56,796 nt of DNA, filler included, from Sphacelaria rigidula (GCA_964200075.2; 6 parts of 6 records of this genome joined end to end with filler, not necessarily neighbours in it), one strand, 5' to 3'; positions 1 to 11,699 are shown, counted from the whole stretch's first letter. Program-made: numbers and translations. Notes: generated from the sequence alone by a model not told the origin.

Positions 1-614
1 GGGGGGGTATAAACCGCTTTCCAGTCTGTAAGGCCCCTTGCACAGTATAGTAACTGCGTCAAAAAGGAAAAGGCGCCTCGTCATGAACACAACAGCAAAA
101 TATCTACGTGCACTTGACGAAAAAACACGCTACCGTCTTCCTCATGGATACTGACACATCTTGCGTGGCATTAAGCAACGCCGCAGAGATATCGTCAGGC
201 AGGAGCAATACAACAGGCGCCTGTGAAGAAGGTGAGCTACAGCTCAGTCGACTGCTATCAATATACTTTGCCACCCTTTCACTGCCGATACGGTCGGTGC
301 CTGCTGGCTTTGCCAACTTTTGGCGTTCCACCGTCTAGTGTCAAAGTTCGCTGGTCAGCACCACAACACGAGCCTCACATCACACTCACAGGTGCTCAAT
401 ACTTCGTAGCCTGTGAGCACAGAAGGCGTCCGCATCAAATGCCCAGTGCGAAGTACTACGTAGACATCGGAACGGCTTCTAATGTGAAGGTAAGAACAAA
501 AACAACACAAACAACAACGACAACGACACTGGACACAGCAGATGTCCTCAGAAGTCTTGATACGGCAGTAGAGTTCTCCACTTGGTAGGTATTAGATTTT
601 GGTGAGGTGTAATC

Positions 615-800
615 CGGATCTTTCATGGGGGTCAGTGCTCCCGGCGTGCTCCCAGCGTGCGCAGAACGCGTGTGTGTCAAATCGGCGACTGCAACGCGCA
701 CTTTGCCCAGGGAACACTTTGCACCCCCCTTGCTCGAGGGTTCTCGGTATGCCTTCGTTGGGATTGGATTAGGGTGAGGGTTAGGGTTAGTGTTACTCGA
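615..800 (-). mobile_element. Partial copy of a short CGGATC...GATCCG-terminated element with degenerate telomere-like repeats
   Basis: CGGATC at 615-620. Reverse complement aligns with 3110-3299 and 47575-47661 (AAGGCATACCGAGAA-CCTCG-GCAAG core). TTAGGG-like run at about 760-792. Confidence 0.6.
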
Positions 801-843
801 AATCATAAACTTTCGAGAAACTTCCGACACCTACCAAGTCGTA

Positions 844-1677
844 CGAGCTGGGCCAACCGAGAAGCGAGTTTGTAGTCTGGAGGCCCATTCACCGGCCAAT
901 ATTTAGAGTTTGGCCCTGAAATTTGGTATGGGCAATGAATGGGGTATAAGAGAAACATATACCAGTGCACACATAGGTCACTCGAGTTTTTTTTGCCTGA
1001 GCTAAGGGCATGGTATTGATACCTGAAAACTGATTATTGCCCCCAGCTCGTGGGAAAAAAACTTGTGTGCACTGGTGTTTGTTTTTATCACGCCCTATTC
1101 ACTGTTCATACCAAGTTTCAGGTTCCAACTCTGAATATTGGCCGGTTAATGGACCCTTTAGTGACGGGGTCAGAAGACTTTCGGAACAGTATTTTGAAGG
1201 TCACTTACGGGTCCACGTTTAGTGTTTGTGTTGTGAAACTTCATGTGGGCCCTCGCTGGAGCATGATGAACGAAACAAAGTGGGTCAGGTTGATTTTTCT
1301 TCATATTTTTACTGATTTAGGGTGTGTAAGTGTGGAAACGACCTTTTTTCACGAGAACGCCCGAACCTCTCCCCCCAAAAATAAGGGCCCATTTTTTCAT
1401 TTATTCAGCATACTTCTGTGGTTCTCTATGCCGAGTTTCAAATCACAACTCCAAAAATTGAGCTGAAAAGTTGAGATAAGGCCCAAGAGTAGTGGTCATT
1501 TCTCCTCAAAACTGCCCCCAAAACGGAAAATAAAATAAAAATAAAAACGAAAAAATGAAAAAGCCGTGTCTTCTACCTTCATTATGCACCATCGGTTCTC
1601 CATACGAAATTTCATAAAATGACTCTCAAAAACTGAGACGCGATATCCAGATTTAGTTCATCTAGCCCCTCTGCTCG
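844..1677 (+). mobile_element. Non-autonomous Tc1/mariner-like element (TA-flanked)
   Basis: TA|CGAGCTGGG at 842-852 and CTGCTCG|TA at 1671-1679 (short imperfect TIR). Internal ~90-bp inverted repeat, 882-973 vs 1064-1157. An inverted second copy at about 13500-14063 ends at the same CAGCTCG|TA boundary. Confidence 0.55.
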
Positions 1678-1694
1678 TAATATTTTGTTCGGTA

Positions 1695-2385
1695 ATGCTA
1701 TTTCCAAGTCGCGACATGGAAATAGTTATGTCCACTTCCAGCTAGGATTTGACTACCCGCCCTCGTCCGTCTCATGTGCCTTGCATCGACACCACAACAC
1801 CCGGAATACACTCACACAGCCCGTAGCCATCGTTCAAGCCATCGCTCGGTGCAAACGGCCTCGTAGCGGACGAGAAACGCGTCTGCTGCACAGTGCCGAA
1901 AAATACGCCCACCCGACTGGAGGTGGCTACGGTATGTCCAAGTCGCTCGCGACTTGGACATACCTTATATCCACTTCCAGCGATTGGAATACCTGCCCGA
2001 ACTCGTCACATGTGCCTCGAATCGACACCACAGCAGCTGCAATATACTCACACAGTCCGTCGCCACCATTCAAGCCATCGCACGGTGCAAACGGCCTTGT
2101 AGCGGTCGAAAAACGCGCCTGCTGCACAGTGCCAAAAAATACTGCCACCCCACTGGAGGCGGACATAAGCTACTGTGTCCAAGTCGCGAGTTGGACACAG
2201 CCTATGTCCAACTTTAGCAAGTGGAAAATCTGTCCGCGCTCGTCCCATGTGACTTGTATCGACACCACAGCAGCTGCAATACACTCACACAGTCCCTAGC
2301 CATCGTTCGAGCTATCGTGCGGTGTAGGCGGCCTGGTAGCGCAGTAGAAAAGCGCCCGCTGCACACAGGACCAAAATATATATAG
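1695..2385. repeat. Tandem repeat, three diverged units of ~237 bp, each starting with a palindrome
   Basis: TCGACACCACA recurs at 1786, 2022 and 2259. Palindromes at 1698-1725, 1931-1964 and 2173-2200. Confidence 0.85.
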
Positions 2386-2728
2386 CACTGGCCTAAGAAA
2401 GGTATACCTTCTCGTTTTTGCCCAAGAAAGGTACGAAAAATGGCCAAACACGCGAAAACAGCCAACCACGGCATTTTGACCGTTTTAGCTCCGAGTTTTT
2501 CACGCACATCATTCAATGGGACCATTGGCACCTTGGCCTCGAAAAAAACGGAAAAAAACATTTTACTCGAGAGATATGGCCACGCGAAGACGGACGTCTC
2601 GCCTCGAAAAACCGCTGACCTTTCGTAGGCCAAATTTCGCCCAGGTATACCTGATCTAGGAATACTTTCTCAATCGTACCTTATCTGGGCCACCGATCGG
2701 CCGAGAGCGTACCTGTGCTAGGCCGTTG
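2386..2728 (+). mobile_element. Degenerate CACTA/EnSpm-like MITE
   Basis: Starts CACTGGCCTAAGAAAGGTA and ends TACCTGTGCTAGGCCGTTG. Subterminal GCCCAAGAAAGGTACG / CGTACCTTATCTGGGCC repeats in inverted orientation. No TSD visible. Confidence 0.4.
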
Positions 2729-3059
2729 CTCTCTACACCGTATCTGATGCGGCACATCGCGCGCAAGTGAGTCTACGCGCCAACTCCAACCTTGGCGCGC
2801 ACACCTTCCCCTCTCTTCCCGCTCATTTCCCGTTCACGGACGCCACAACGACCTCGCCCTTTCCTCCCCGGAAATGGTTCTCGAGTCTCTCCGCTATTAC
2901 TGTTCTGTCCCTATCTCTCTATGCGTGATGACCAGTACTGTATCCGTTTCTTGAACCAACCATCGATGATGCGACAACCGCCCGTTGGTGGCGGAAGAGC
3001 CTAGCTTGACCCTGACACCAGCCCCGAGACCAAAAGTACAACAGTGTTCCACAACCCAC

Positions 3060-3299
3060 CGGATCACAAAAGACCAACGCGCTGAAAGTTGTGAGTCCAC
3101 TTACTGTGTCGATGCCCAACCCTAATCCCAAGCCAATAAAGCATACCGAGAATCCTCGGGCAAGGGCGGTACATAGCATTATCTTGGCAAAGTGCGGCCT
3201 TGGTAGACCCCAAATCGGCGCCTATGGCGTCGGTTTTAACGAAAACGCGTTTTGCGCATGCGAGGAGCACACACGACTGTCAGCCCTACTAAAGATCCG
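3060..3299 (+). mobile_element. Complete ~240-bp CGGATC...GATCCG element with CCCTAA-like internal repeats
   Basis: CGGATC at 3060-3065 and GATCCG at 3294-3299; CCCAACCCTAATCCC at about 3115-3129; homologous to copies at 615-800 and 47575-48620. Confidence 0.6.
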
Positions 3300-3346
3300 A
3301 TCCTCCAAGTAATATCAACCATGAATATTTGTAGCTCAATGGTTAA

Positions 3347-3444
3347 CCCTTAGATGACGAGAAAAGGTCATATATTGAATCGGCATCAACTTCACTTGAA
3401 AAAAATATGCATGATCCAGATGAACTACCCTCGCGGTCTCAGGG
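3347..3444 (+). mobile_element. 98-bp piggyBac-type MITE, copy 1
   Basis: TTAA at 3343-3346 and 3445-3448; CCCTTAGA...TCTCAGGG ends; same length as and homologous to 35555-35652 and 49925-50022. Confidence 0.85.
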
Positions 3445-3690
3445 TTAACACACTCATCACGTCTATCGACAGACTGTGTGAGTGCGCTCATCGTAAACTG
3501 TGGAGTGCGGCTCAGTCGCTGCATCACTCAGTCGACTGCATGGGTACGATATCCCGGAAGTTGACCTCACCGCTAACTACACTGCACAGTACTATGGTGA
3601 TATGAGAAAAACGAAAACGGTTACCAAATAGGAGGCCTTATTCCCATAATAAAAGAGAACGGTTAAACCGACTTTTTTCACCGAGTTTAA

Positions 3691-4751
3691 CCCTTTCGGG
3701 ACCGACCCCCAACAACTACGGGGTTAACCATGTTTCAGTAAAATAATCAAAAAATAAGTCAGGGAGCGACCTGTCCAATCACGGCGAGGCGAAATTTATC
3801 GACCAGACCCGAACGACCAGCGCTGGAATTGTTACCGAATTTGATGTCACTGCCAAGATCGTGTGGGGGCCCTATCCCTGGCCCAGATAAAGCGCTTTCC
3901 CAGGTATGCAAAGCGCGGATGCTCGGGGAACGACGTCTCGTTTTGCTTGCATTCAGAATAGCGCTCTCGTGATTTTCCGGATGTTTTTCGGGGTCGCCAG
4001 CCTATACTAAAACGTAATTACGCTAACACATGATTGGGGAGGGGAAACCGGGAAAGAAAAGCGTACATGCTACAATGTGGTCATTTTGACGAGGCACTAT
4101 GCCCAGCTGGGCCGTGCAAGGACTGAAGAAGCTATCGTCGTGAGCTCCACCTATCCCTCTGCCGATGCCTTGCAGAACGTGGTAAACATGTATGTCGTGG
4201 GCGAGGACGAAGAAGCGGTATATAGGTAGCTGATCTCGGTAGCTGAGAACTGCCCATAATGTGCAAGGGAGTATGCAGCGGCAGCTGCTGCTGCAGTCGG
4301 AGAGTCGTACTGCACTGCACTGTACTGTATGTATGTATGCGCGCCGCAATGCCCATACCCTTCGAAAAGAATTTGCCGCTTGCCACAAAGAAGGAAATCG
4401 CGGCCCACCCCGACCACAAAGGGCTGTGTGGTAAGGTGATAGGGACAATAATATCATCCAAAGCCACAAGTGGCGGGCGGCCCGCGGGTCGCCACATCCT
4501 GTTGAAAGCTCTCTACGGCGACCCATACTGCTTGTTACATCAGATGTACATTACCTGATGCGCACCCCACGCGAATCACAGTTTGTACCTGCACCTGAAA
4601 ATAGATTGGATGAAACTGGTGGTCTTCCTCCTAACCCTGCGGTTACATCTGTGGATTTTCAGCAACATGAAGCCACTGTTTCGTGCAGACGCCAGACACG
4701 TCATTCCCAACCAGCCTCATTAGTCGTTCTTGAGGCCCGGTCCCAAAAGGG
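3691..4751 (+). mobile_element. ~1.06-kb non-autonomous piggyBac-type element
   Basis: TTAA TSDs at 3687-3690 and 4752-4755; TIR CCCTTTCGGGACCG / CGGTCCCAAAAGGG; second copy begins at 18381. No recognisable transposase. Confidence 0.85.
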
Positions 4752-5750
4752 TTAACCTGTTCACCGATAACCGGTTTAACCTGATGAACGAGGAAAAATA
4801 CCTCCAAGTCATTCAAGAGCAGGTGAATTAGGCGTTGTTGTCGTGTGTTTCCTGTGTAGTGGGTGATTTTTACGCTGCAACACATCTATTGTCGGTGACG
4901 GCAAGGTTCAATCTCACACCTCCGCATCCATACAACATCTGTGGAACGTACAGCACATCGGCTGATGACATCAATTTTAATGGTTCATCGGAAATGGTGT
5001 TGGTGATTACTTGAACAGCTGCTGTTCGAGTCTTGAAATCGGTATGGACAGTTGGACGAGGCATCAGAGAGAGAGGAACCCCTTAACCCCTCTCGCGATA
5101 AAAATAAGGTAGGTGGAGTACCATCACAAAATAAAAAACAAAGAACTCGTGTGTTGGGCTTCCTCATGTGTGACGCCGGCTGATGCGCCCGCGTATACCG
5201 AAAGGTATGAACTAGCATTCAGATTAGATGGAAGGACAACACGCACACATTAGAACGAAATACTACTTTATTCATGTGAAGAATATCCGGCGTGAGCTAT
5301 AGCGTGCAAGCCAACATACGGTGCCGAAAGGGGAAAATCTGCACCCCGCACCCCGCCCGCCCCTGCAACCCAATGCCCGAAATAGGAGGGAGGGGCAGGG
5401 GTATAATGCTCCCCCTCAACTCTATATAGAAAAGGTGCACTGTCTCAGTGTCCAGAGGCAGCGGAAACGCACACGACACGCTGCAAATCATGCCGCTGGT
5501 TTTTAAGCACCAACTTACGAATTTTCATAAATTCTGTACAAAAACGGCAGTCACGTGCCCTTGTGCCCCGTTTGCGCCGGCTGCAACAGCCTCCATCGAT
5601 ATGTGTGCTTCCAACATGCGCACACGTCGGTATCTGCGCGCCATGGTCGACCTTAACCCGCTGTGTGTTTTCTGTGCCATCCTTATGTCGTCGGTGCACC
5701 AGGTGTTCACCCCGTTGTCGCGGTAATCAGACCTGGTGCTTCTCGTTGCA

Positions 5751-6860
5751 ATGCACGTCGCTACCTCCCGCTGCGCGGTAAGTGCCACGAAACAGTTGGT
5801 CTCATACGTCATTCGACGACGATCTTTGCACCCATCAAGGACATCCAAGGATACTAACCACTTGTTGCAACCAAGGCAGGCCAGAATCTCGCCCAGTGCA
5901 TACCCTCCGAACAGCGCAGACCGTAGCGCCGATGGCGCATTTACAAGTGCCACTCCGCCATTCAGCGGGGTCGCCGACAGGAGCGATCCGCCGGTGCCAA
6001 CATCGATGCCACTTCGAGTTTCCCCCGGGACAGGTTTGCTACGATGTCAGGCGCCTCGACGGTCTAATTCCGGGGGAGCTGATCTCGTCGCAGGAAATTT
6101 ACGGCTATCACCCGGACGAGAAGAGCGGGTCGGCAAAGGTGGCAAGCGGTGGGGCGGGGAAGAGATGGGCTGGGCGGTGGAACGAATGAGCGACTCCACG
6201 AGAGGAGATGTGGCTGTGGGTTTTGAAAAGGTCAGATATGGTGATGGTCACGAAGGGCGTAATTTAAGCGAGCATGGTCGGGCACGTCAAATGGAGAAGG
6301 GGACAAGGAGAAGGAGCGACAGGGGGGGTAGGGAACTCGCGGGGAGGGGTAGGAAGGGGGAGGTGAGAGGGGGGTCGTGGGGTGCGCAGGCACGTCCGAA
6401 GAATAATGACAGGAGTGGGGATAAGACTTCTCCTGAGATCTGCAAAGTCCAGAGGGTATGCATGAGGCTGTTGAGAGAAGCCGGTCGAGAGAGGGACTGG
6501 GAAAGGGCGGGGCAAGTACTGGAGGATGCTCTCGCGAGGCCGGACTCTGACTCGGTCGTAGATTTGATCATGTACAACGTGGCGATCAACGTGTTCGCCA
6601 AGTGCGCGAAGTGGGAGAAGGCACTGGAGGTGCTGGCGCGCATGAAGAACGCTAAGGGCGGGGTACGACCCGACGTTTTCACCTACAATGCGGCGATCGA
6701 TGCGTGCGGGAACGGAGGACAGTGGGAGAAGGCCCTGGGGCTTCTGAGGGAGATGCAGGCTGGTGACGACCGCGACGGAAAATGTCAAGGCGTCGCGCCC
6801 GACGTGACCAATTTCAACACAGCTATGAAAGCATGTGTTTCCGCGCGCCAGTGGGAGCAG
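5751..6860 (+). CDS. Pentatricopeptide repeat (P-class PPR) protein, exon 1; probable mitochondrial presequence
   Basis: First ATG at 5751 after an in-frame TAA (5724-5726). N-terminus MHVATSRCAVSATKQLVSYVIRRRSLH is Arg/Ser-rich and lacks acidic residues. PPR motifs MYNVAINVFAKCAKWEKALEVLARM...RPD and TYNAAIDACGNGGQWEKALGLLREM...APD. Phase-0 donor CAG|GTGGGT at 6861. The start is less certain than the PPR call. Confidence 0.9.
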
Positions 6861-7877
6861 GTGGGTGGTGCTGATTTCGTCCGTCAGCGGAGAATCAAAG
6901 AGTGAAAAAGTGCTGTCCTTTTTTTCCGATTTTCGAGTGCAGTTGATGTTGCCCTCTCGTTGTAAAGCGCACAGATATTCGTGTTGAATGGTTTTGCTTG
7001 TTTTCCGCAGCCATGCAGACTGCTTGGCACGCCACAAAAGTGAAAAACGTCGAATGAAACGTCGTGGGAGCACCCAATACCGGAAGGCAAAGGAGGGCGG
7101 GAATGCAGAACGAGTTCAAGGAGAGGGGGGCTGAAACAGCAAGGATGGAGCGGGGGCCGGGAGCTGCCGTCAAGCAGAACTCCCAGTGAAATCGCGTGGA
7201 TTTTTTCGTGTCACAATAACATCATGAGCCTTGACACAAAATGAGAACAAGATAGATTGAGTAGCCCAAGTGGAACGACCAAAACGACCATCCGACGTCT
7301 CACTCTGTAACCGCCTTCCGCGCACCAATCCTGGGGGATGACACGATCGGCCGAAAGTCCATGCTTCAGTACGACCTTGCCAATAAAATCGTATCGCTGT
7401 TGGAAAAGGCAAGTGCGCTACTGTATAACGCATCGCCGCCGAGCCCCCCTCGAAACACTACTGGATTTCGCAAAAAATGTTGATCTCGCCGGTAGGTATT
7501 GTGGCATCCGAACATACTGCGTGCGGAACGTCCCTCCGAGAAAAGTGTCATGACAGACATGAGCTCTCTACGGTACAACCATGCACTTGCGACTCACATC
7601 TTGTTGACTGAGACACCAATACGTATAAACGAGTACTTGTCGAAACAGAAAAGGCTCATGTAGCGCGGGATTTTCGGGGGGGGAAACAGCTTTTGTGATA
7701 TCACGAGGGGTCGGTCCCTGAAAAACAATCTGGCGTGATTCACCGGGCGACGAAAAACTCTTCGACGCATTTTGTATCATGGTTTCATTTTTGTACGGCC
7801 GTGTAAAACGACGTCATCGTTTGAACGGGTATTTATACCGAAGTCACAAAATGTACCATTTTTTGTCGGTTTTGCAG

Positions 7878-8528
7878 GTTTTGACTCTCTTGAAGGAGGT
7901 GGAAGCCAAGGACGACCTCGTGCCCACGGTCGTCACCTACACAACCGCTATCGCGGCGTATGGAGGGTGCGGACGGTGGCAAGAGGCGCTGGGGCTCCTG
8001 AAAGAAATGTCGACGAACAAGGGCGCCAGGCCCAACGTTGTGACGTATAGCACCGCCATGCAAGCGTGCCTCGACGCTGGCCAGTGGGAAGCCGTGTGGT
8101 CTCTTTTGGAGGATATGCACGAGAACACCGTCGCGCCAAACGTGGGGTGTTACAACATCGCGATCACGGCATGCGCGGCCGCCGGGGGAGACCGCTGGGA
8201 AGACGCCTTGCGCATGCTGAGGCAAATGAACTCCGCGGGGGTTCGACCGAACGCCGTAAGCCACCGAGAGTCTATGAAAGCGTGTGGGGACGCCGGCCAG
8301 TGGGAAGCGGCTTTGACGCTTTTGGATGAAGTGAGGCGCACCGCAGTAACCACGGCCAAAACCGGCGCGATTTACCACTGCGCGATGGAGGCATGTCGGG
8401 ACGGGGGCCGGCCCGACAAAGTTCGGAAGCTATACAGGGAGATACAAGCCGAGGAGGTCATCAATCCGCAAGTGGGTATCTACAACATGGCCGTCGCGGC
8501 CTTCGAATCTGGGAGCCAGTGGCTTGAG
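7878..8528 (+). CDS. PPR protein, exon 2 (gene continues beyond the contig end)
   Basis: Acceptor TTTTGCAG| at 7877. Splicing restores a PPR helix (QWEQ|VLTLLKEV). About six further PPR motifs. Phase-0 donor GAG|GTAAAT at 8529, in mid-motif. Confidence 0.92.
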
Positions 8529-8630
8529 GTAAATGAACCATGTGTGTTTGTTCGTGTGTGTGTTGTGTCTTCGGCAGTAGTTATTGCTGTCCTCTTTTTC
8601 AAGGTTCTGTTCTGTAGGGTACGGTTTTCT

Positions 8631-9005
8631 GCATGTGTGTGTGCTGTCCCATCCATTGTGGGCGCCGGTTTACACCCTTCGGTATATATATGGTCTACAC
8701 CTTTCGGTATATGTGCACCAGCCGGGGTCACACAGGAGGGAGGTTAAAACAGGAGTTTGTTTTTTCATCTGGTTTTAGTACCCCACCTTCCTTCTGCGGT
8801 GCTTGCCTTTATTTTCTATCGCGAGAGGAGTTCAGCTGTCCCTTTCCCTCGTCGACCGTTAGGTCGAATTTTGTGTACTCACGACATAGTCGCTCTCCAC
8901 TGTTGGGAATGGTGTGAGAAAAAATCCCAGATCGGTCCGAGAATTGAACCCACGACCCGACCGTCAGAAGGTTTCGAGGTTACCAACTGAGGCACCGGGG
9001 CGACC
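8631..9005 (-). mobile_element. tRNA-derived SINE, near full length
   Basis: Minus-strand head GGTCGCCCCGGTGCCTCAGTTGG (A-box)...GGGTTCAATTCTC (B-box); CA-rich tail near 8631-8644; body homologous to 9250-9384 and 19555-19932. Confidence 0.8.
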
Positions 9006-9034
9006 GTGTATATCCGGGTAATTTTGCCGGGTAT

Positions 9035-9240
9035 TTACCGTACCCGACAGTTCTGTAATGTTTGTAAGACTTCCATACCCTCACTCGATAGTTCTGTGAG
9101 TTTTCTAAGCCTCCCGTACCGTTACCGTCAGCCATGGGTACGCTCTTTGATAAGATACCTGATTTGCGGATACGGTTTTCCGTACAATCTCCATACCCTA
9201 CCCGACAGTTTCTGTGAGTCTTGTAAGCCTCCCGTACCCT
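9035..9240. repeat. Degenerate minisatellite (~35-40-bp units, TACCCGACAGTTCTGTGAG...GTAAG.CT.CC.TACC)
   Basis: Three or four diverged copies lie between the two SINE heads. Confidence 0.6.
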
Positions 9241-9249
9241 TGTGTGCCG

Positions 9250-9384
9250 GTCGGTCCCCGGTAGCTCAGTTGGTAACCTCGGAACCCTCTGATGGTTGAG
9301 TAGTGGGGTTCAATTCCTGGAGCGATCCAGGATTTTTTCTCACAGCATGCCCAACAGTGGAGAGCGACTATGTCGTGGGTATAC
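9250..9384 (+). mobile_element. tRNA-derived SINE, 5' part (cut by contig end)
   Basis: A-box GGTAGCTCAGTTGG and B-box GGTTCAATTCC, followed by the SINE body (CCAACAGTGGAGAGCGACTATGTCGTG) shared with 8631-9005. Confidence 0.8.
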
Positions 9385-9484
9385 NNNNNNNNNNNNNNNN
9401 NNNNNNNNNNNNNNNNNNNNNNNNNNNNTTAATTAATTAANNNNNNNNNNNNNNNNNNNNNNNNNNNNNNNNNNNNNNNNNNNN
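9385..9484. other. Artificial 100-nt contig spacer (also 18869-18968, 28352-28451, 37834-37933, 47316-47415)
   Basis: N-run with a central TTAATTAATTAA (stop codons in all six frames), identical five times. Confidence 0.98.
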
Positions 9485-10059
9485 AGAACCGGGGGTCGGG
9501 GTGACGTACGAGTACCGACAGTCAAGTGTGTGCAAATGTGGTACAGTACAGTTGACAGCAGCGAAGCTGCCCACCTTCCTTGTTCATTCTCATTTCATCT
9601 ACCTCCCTCACTTCAGCAATCTCCCAAGTTATAGTAGAACTTGGGTGCTCTTCAATAAAAGGTCTAAAACCATTACCCTGTGCCTGAGCCAAGGAATACC
9701 CCCAGCCGCGTACATCCACTGGCAGTAAAGATGCTGCTGATACTGCCGTTGTTGCTTCTTCTCCTCCTCGTGCGGAACGCGATTAGAACGGCGCGTGATT
9801 TCTCGTGATGCTGCAAAACTTCTGCGTTGTGTTGTGTTGAGTGTAGTACTCTGTAGTCCATACACCACTGTGAAATTGTCTGGTCTTGACTGTACTGTCC
9901 TGTACTCCAGATACTGGGGTCATGGTTTGAGCAGTTTTCTTAAACGTTCTCCTTGTTCTTTTCAAGTATTCCGAATAAAATGGGAGTGTTTTCTGTCACA
10001 GAAATCTAATGCCGAATCTGGAATAGCCTGAGACAACAACAAATTTGAAATTTGGAAAC

Positions 10060-10337
10060 GTTTGGGTAGATTGAGCATGATCTCAAATACTCTACTCATG
10101 TTTTTGCTAAATTAAGCACGGCCTCAAATACTCAACTCCAATTTTGGATGAGTACCATCACTAATAATTGAGTGTAGAGAATCACTTAGGTATGATCCCA
10201 ATATCTTACTCATATGTAGAGTAGATAAATTTTGGGCAGATTGAGTTCGACCTCAAATAATCTACTCAAAATGTTGGGTATTAAAATTATGACTTTTCAA
10301 TAACGAGCATCGAGTATACTCTACTCGACCTGCCCTT
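10060..10337. repeat. AT-rich cluster of TACTC/GAGTA motifs, probably the subterminal region of a DNA transposon
   Basis: Repeated TACTCTACTC, GATTGAG and CTCAAATA motifs in both orientations. Confidence 0.4.
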
Positions 10338-11699
10338 GAAAGCTGCGTATATGTTGCACTCGAAGCTTTCAGTATTCTTTCCGGCAGACCACGTACGCAA
10401 ATACCAATTGAACCACACGTCGCACTCTGACTCGCACCCGCAAAGCAGGGTAACCAAAATCGCGCGGAGGTGTCTGTGACGGCGCGGGAGAGGTCGCCCA
10501 TGGAGCTTCACATCACGTTTGAGGCCCCCGGCATGGTTATGCGCGTGCTGGTACTCTCCGCGCGCTACCTCCCACGTCTTTCAGCCCATCTCCGGCGGTT
10601 TGCATATTCTCCAGTGCTGTGACATTTTTATAACGATGCTTCAGCACTGAATCCAAACGAAAATCCTATTTCGCAGTGCCTGAGCGTGCTTCCCCACGGC
10701 CGCAGTTTAAGGGCAACCACGAAGACTGCGGAAGTGCCCTCCTGTTTTCCTCAACGTTGGAGCACTGAGGCGCTGTCGCCACGACGAGTGTGTACATGCT
10801 CTCCTAGGCTTGCCGTCGGAATAAAGGATACCGATTGGTCATCCCTCTTTTCGTGCACGCTCGCGGTCCGCGAAGAGAATCCCACGAAATAATCACCTGC
10901 GATATGGCTCTAGAGATGCGAACATATTTCCGCTGAAAGCTCACCGGAAGGCTTTGGCTAACCGCTTGCGTGACCCCAAATAATAAAAACCTAATGCTGA
11001 GAAAAATTAACGCCACGATGCCAATACAGTCTACACCCAAGGTGATATCGTCAAGCGAGGAAGCATTTCCCGCCCAGCAGCCACCGTCGCATGGTCTCAC
11101 CACTCCGCTTGGAACCGTCAAAGAAATCCTGCCCGACCCTAACCGCAGGAAATATATACCGGGTAAACCCGACACGAAACGCAGACTACAACCCGACCAT
11201 GCAGCAAGGAGTGAAAACGAGCGGAGCAAAACACCTGGGGTTCTGGAAAGTAATGGGAACGGCAGTTTCTTTCGTATGGGAACGCAGAACAAAACCCGCG
11301 GTGTTCGGAATGGTGGGAAACTGTACCCGCCGAAGGCACCGTGGAGGGTAGCGCAAGCCGTGGAAGGGTCTTTGAAATGGTTAGTGCCCTCGAATGGAGA
11401 CTGCACTGGCACCAGTCCCGACCAACCTGAAAAAGGAAAGGGACACCGAGATGTTACTAGCTTCTGTGAGTCCAGGCACCAACGTGACCGTAACAGAAGT
11501 TCGTTCCCATTGTTGAGATTATCCTTCAACTCGAAGAGCAAAATATAAGAAGTTAAAACGATACAAGGGGTATGTATAATGGAGTAAACGCCCAGCCCCT
11601 GCAGTCTGCCCCTCCCCTTGCATGTCCTTGGGTTGGTTCCCCCACCCCCTCGCAATCCCGCGCACCCGTACCATTGCCGGCGGATAATTCATCCTCGCT

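Noticed and set aside
760-792. True telomere
   Set aside because: The repeats are few, degenerate and internal to a dispersed element.
1695-2385. CRISPR-like array (palindromic repeats) or 204-aa repeat protein 1685..2299
   Set aside because: The intervening sequences are homologous to each other rather than unique spacers, there are no cas genes, and the units do not keep a common reading frame.
6264-8378. Antisense ORFs 6264..7073 and 7833..8378
   Set aside because: They are shadows of the GC-rich PPR exons.
9250-9330. tRNA gene
   Set aside because: A and B boxes are present, but the cloverleaf is poor and it runs into a repeated SINE body.
9385-9484. Regularly spaced TTAATTAATTAA motif as a biological repeat or piggyBac target
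   Set aside because: It is a synthetic six-frame stop linker inside N-runs.
10804-11655. Overlapping 283-aa and 192-aa ORFs
   Set aside because: No recognisable domain or codon bias; probably chance ORFs or TE-internal sequence.
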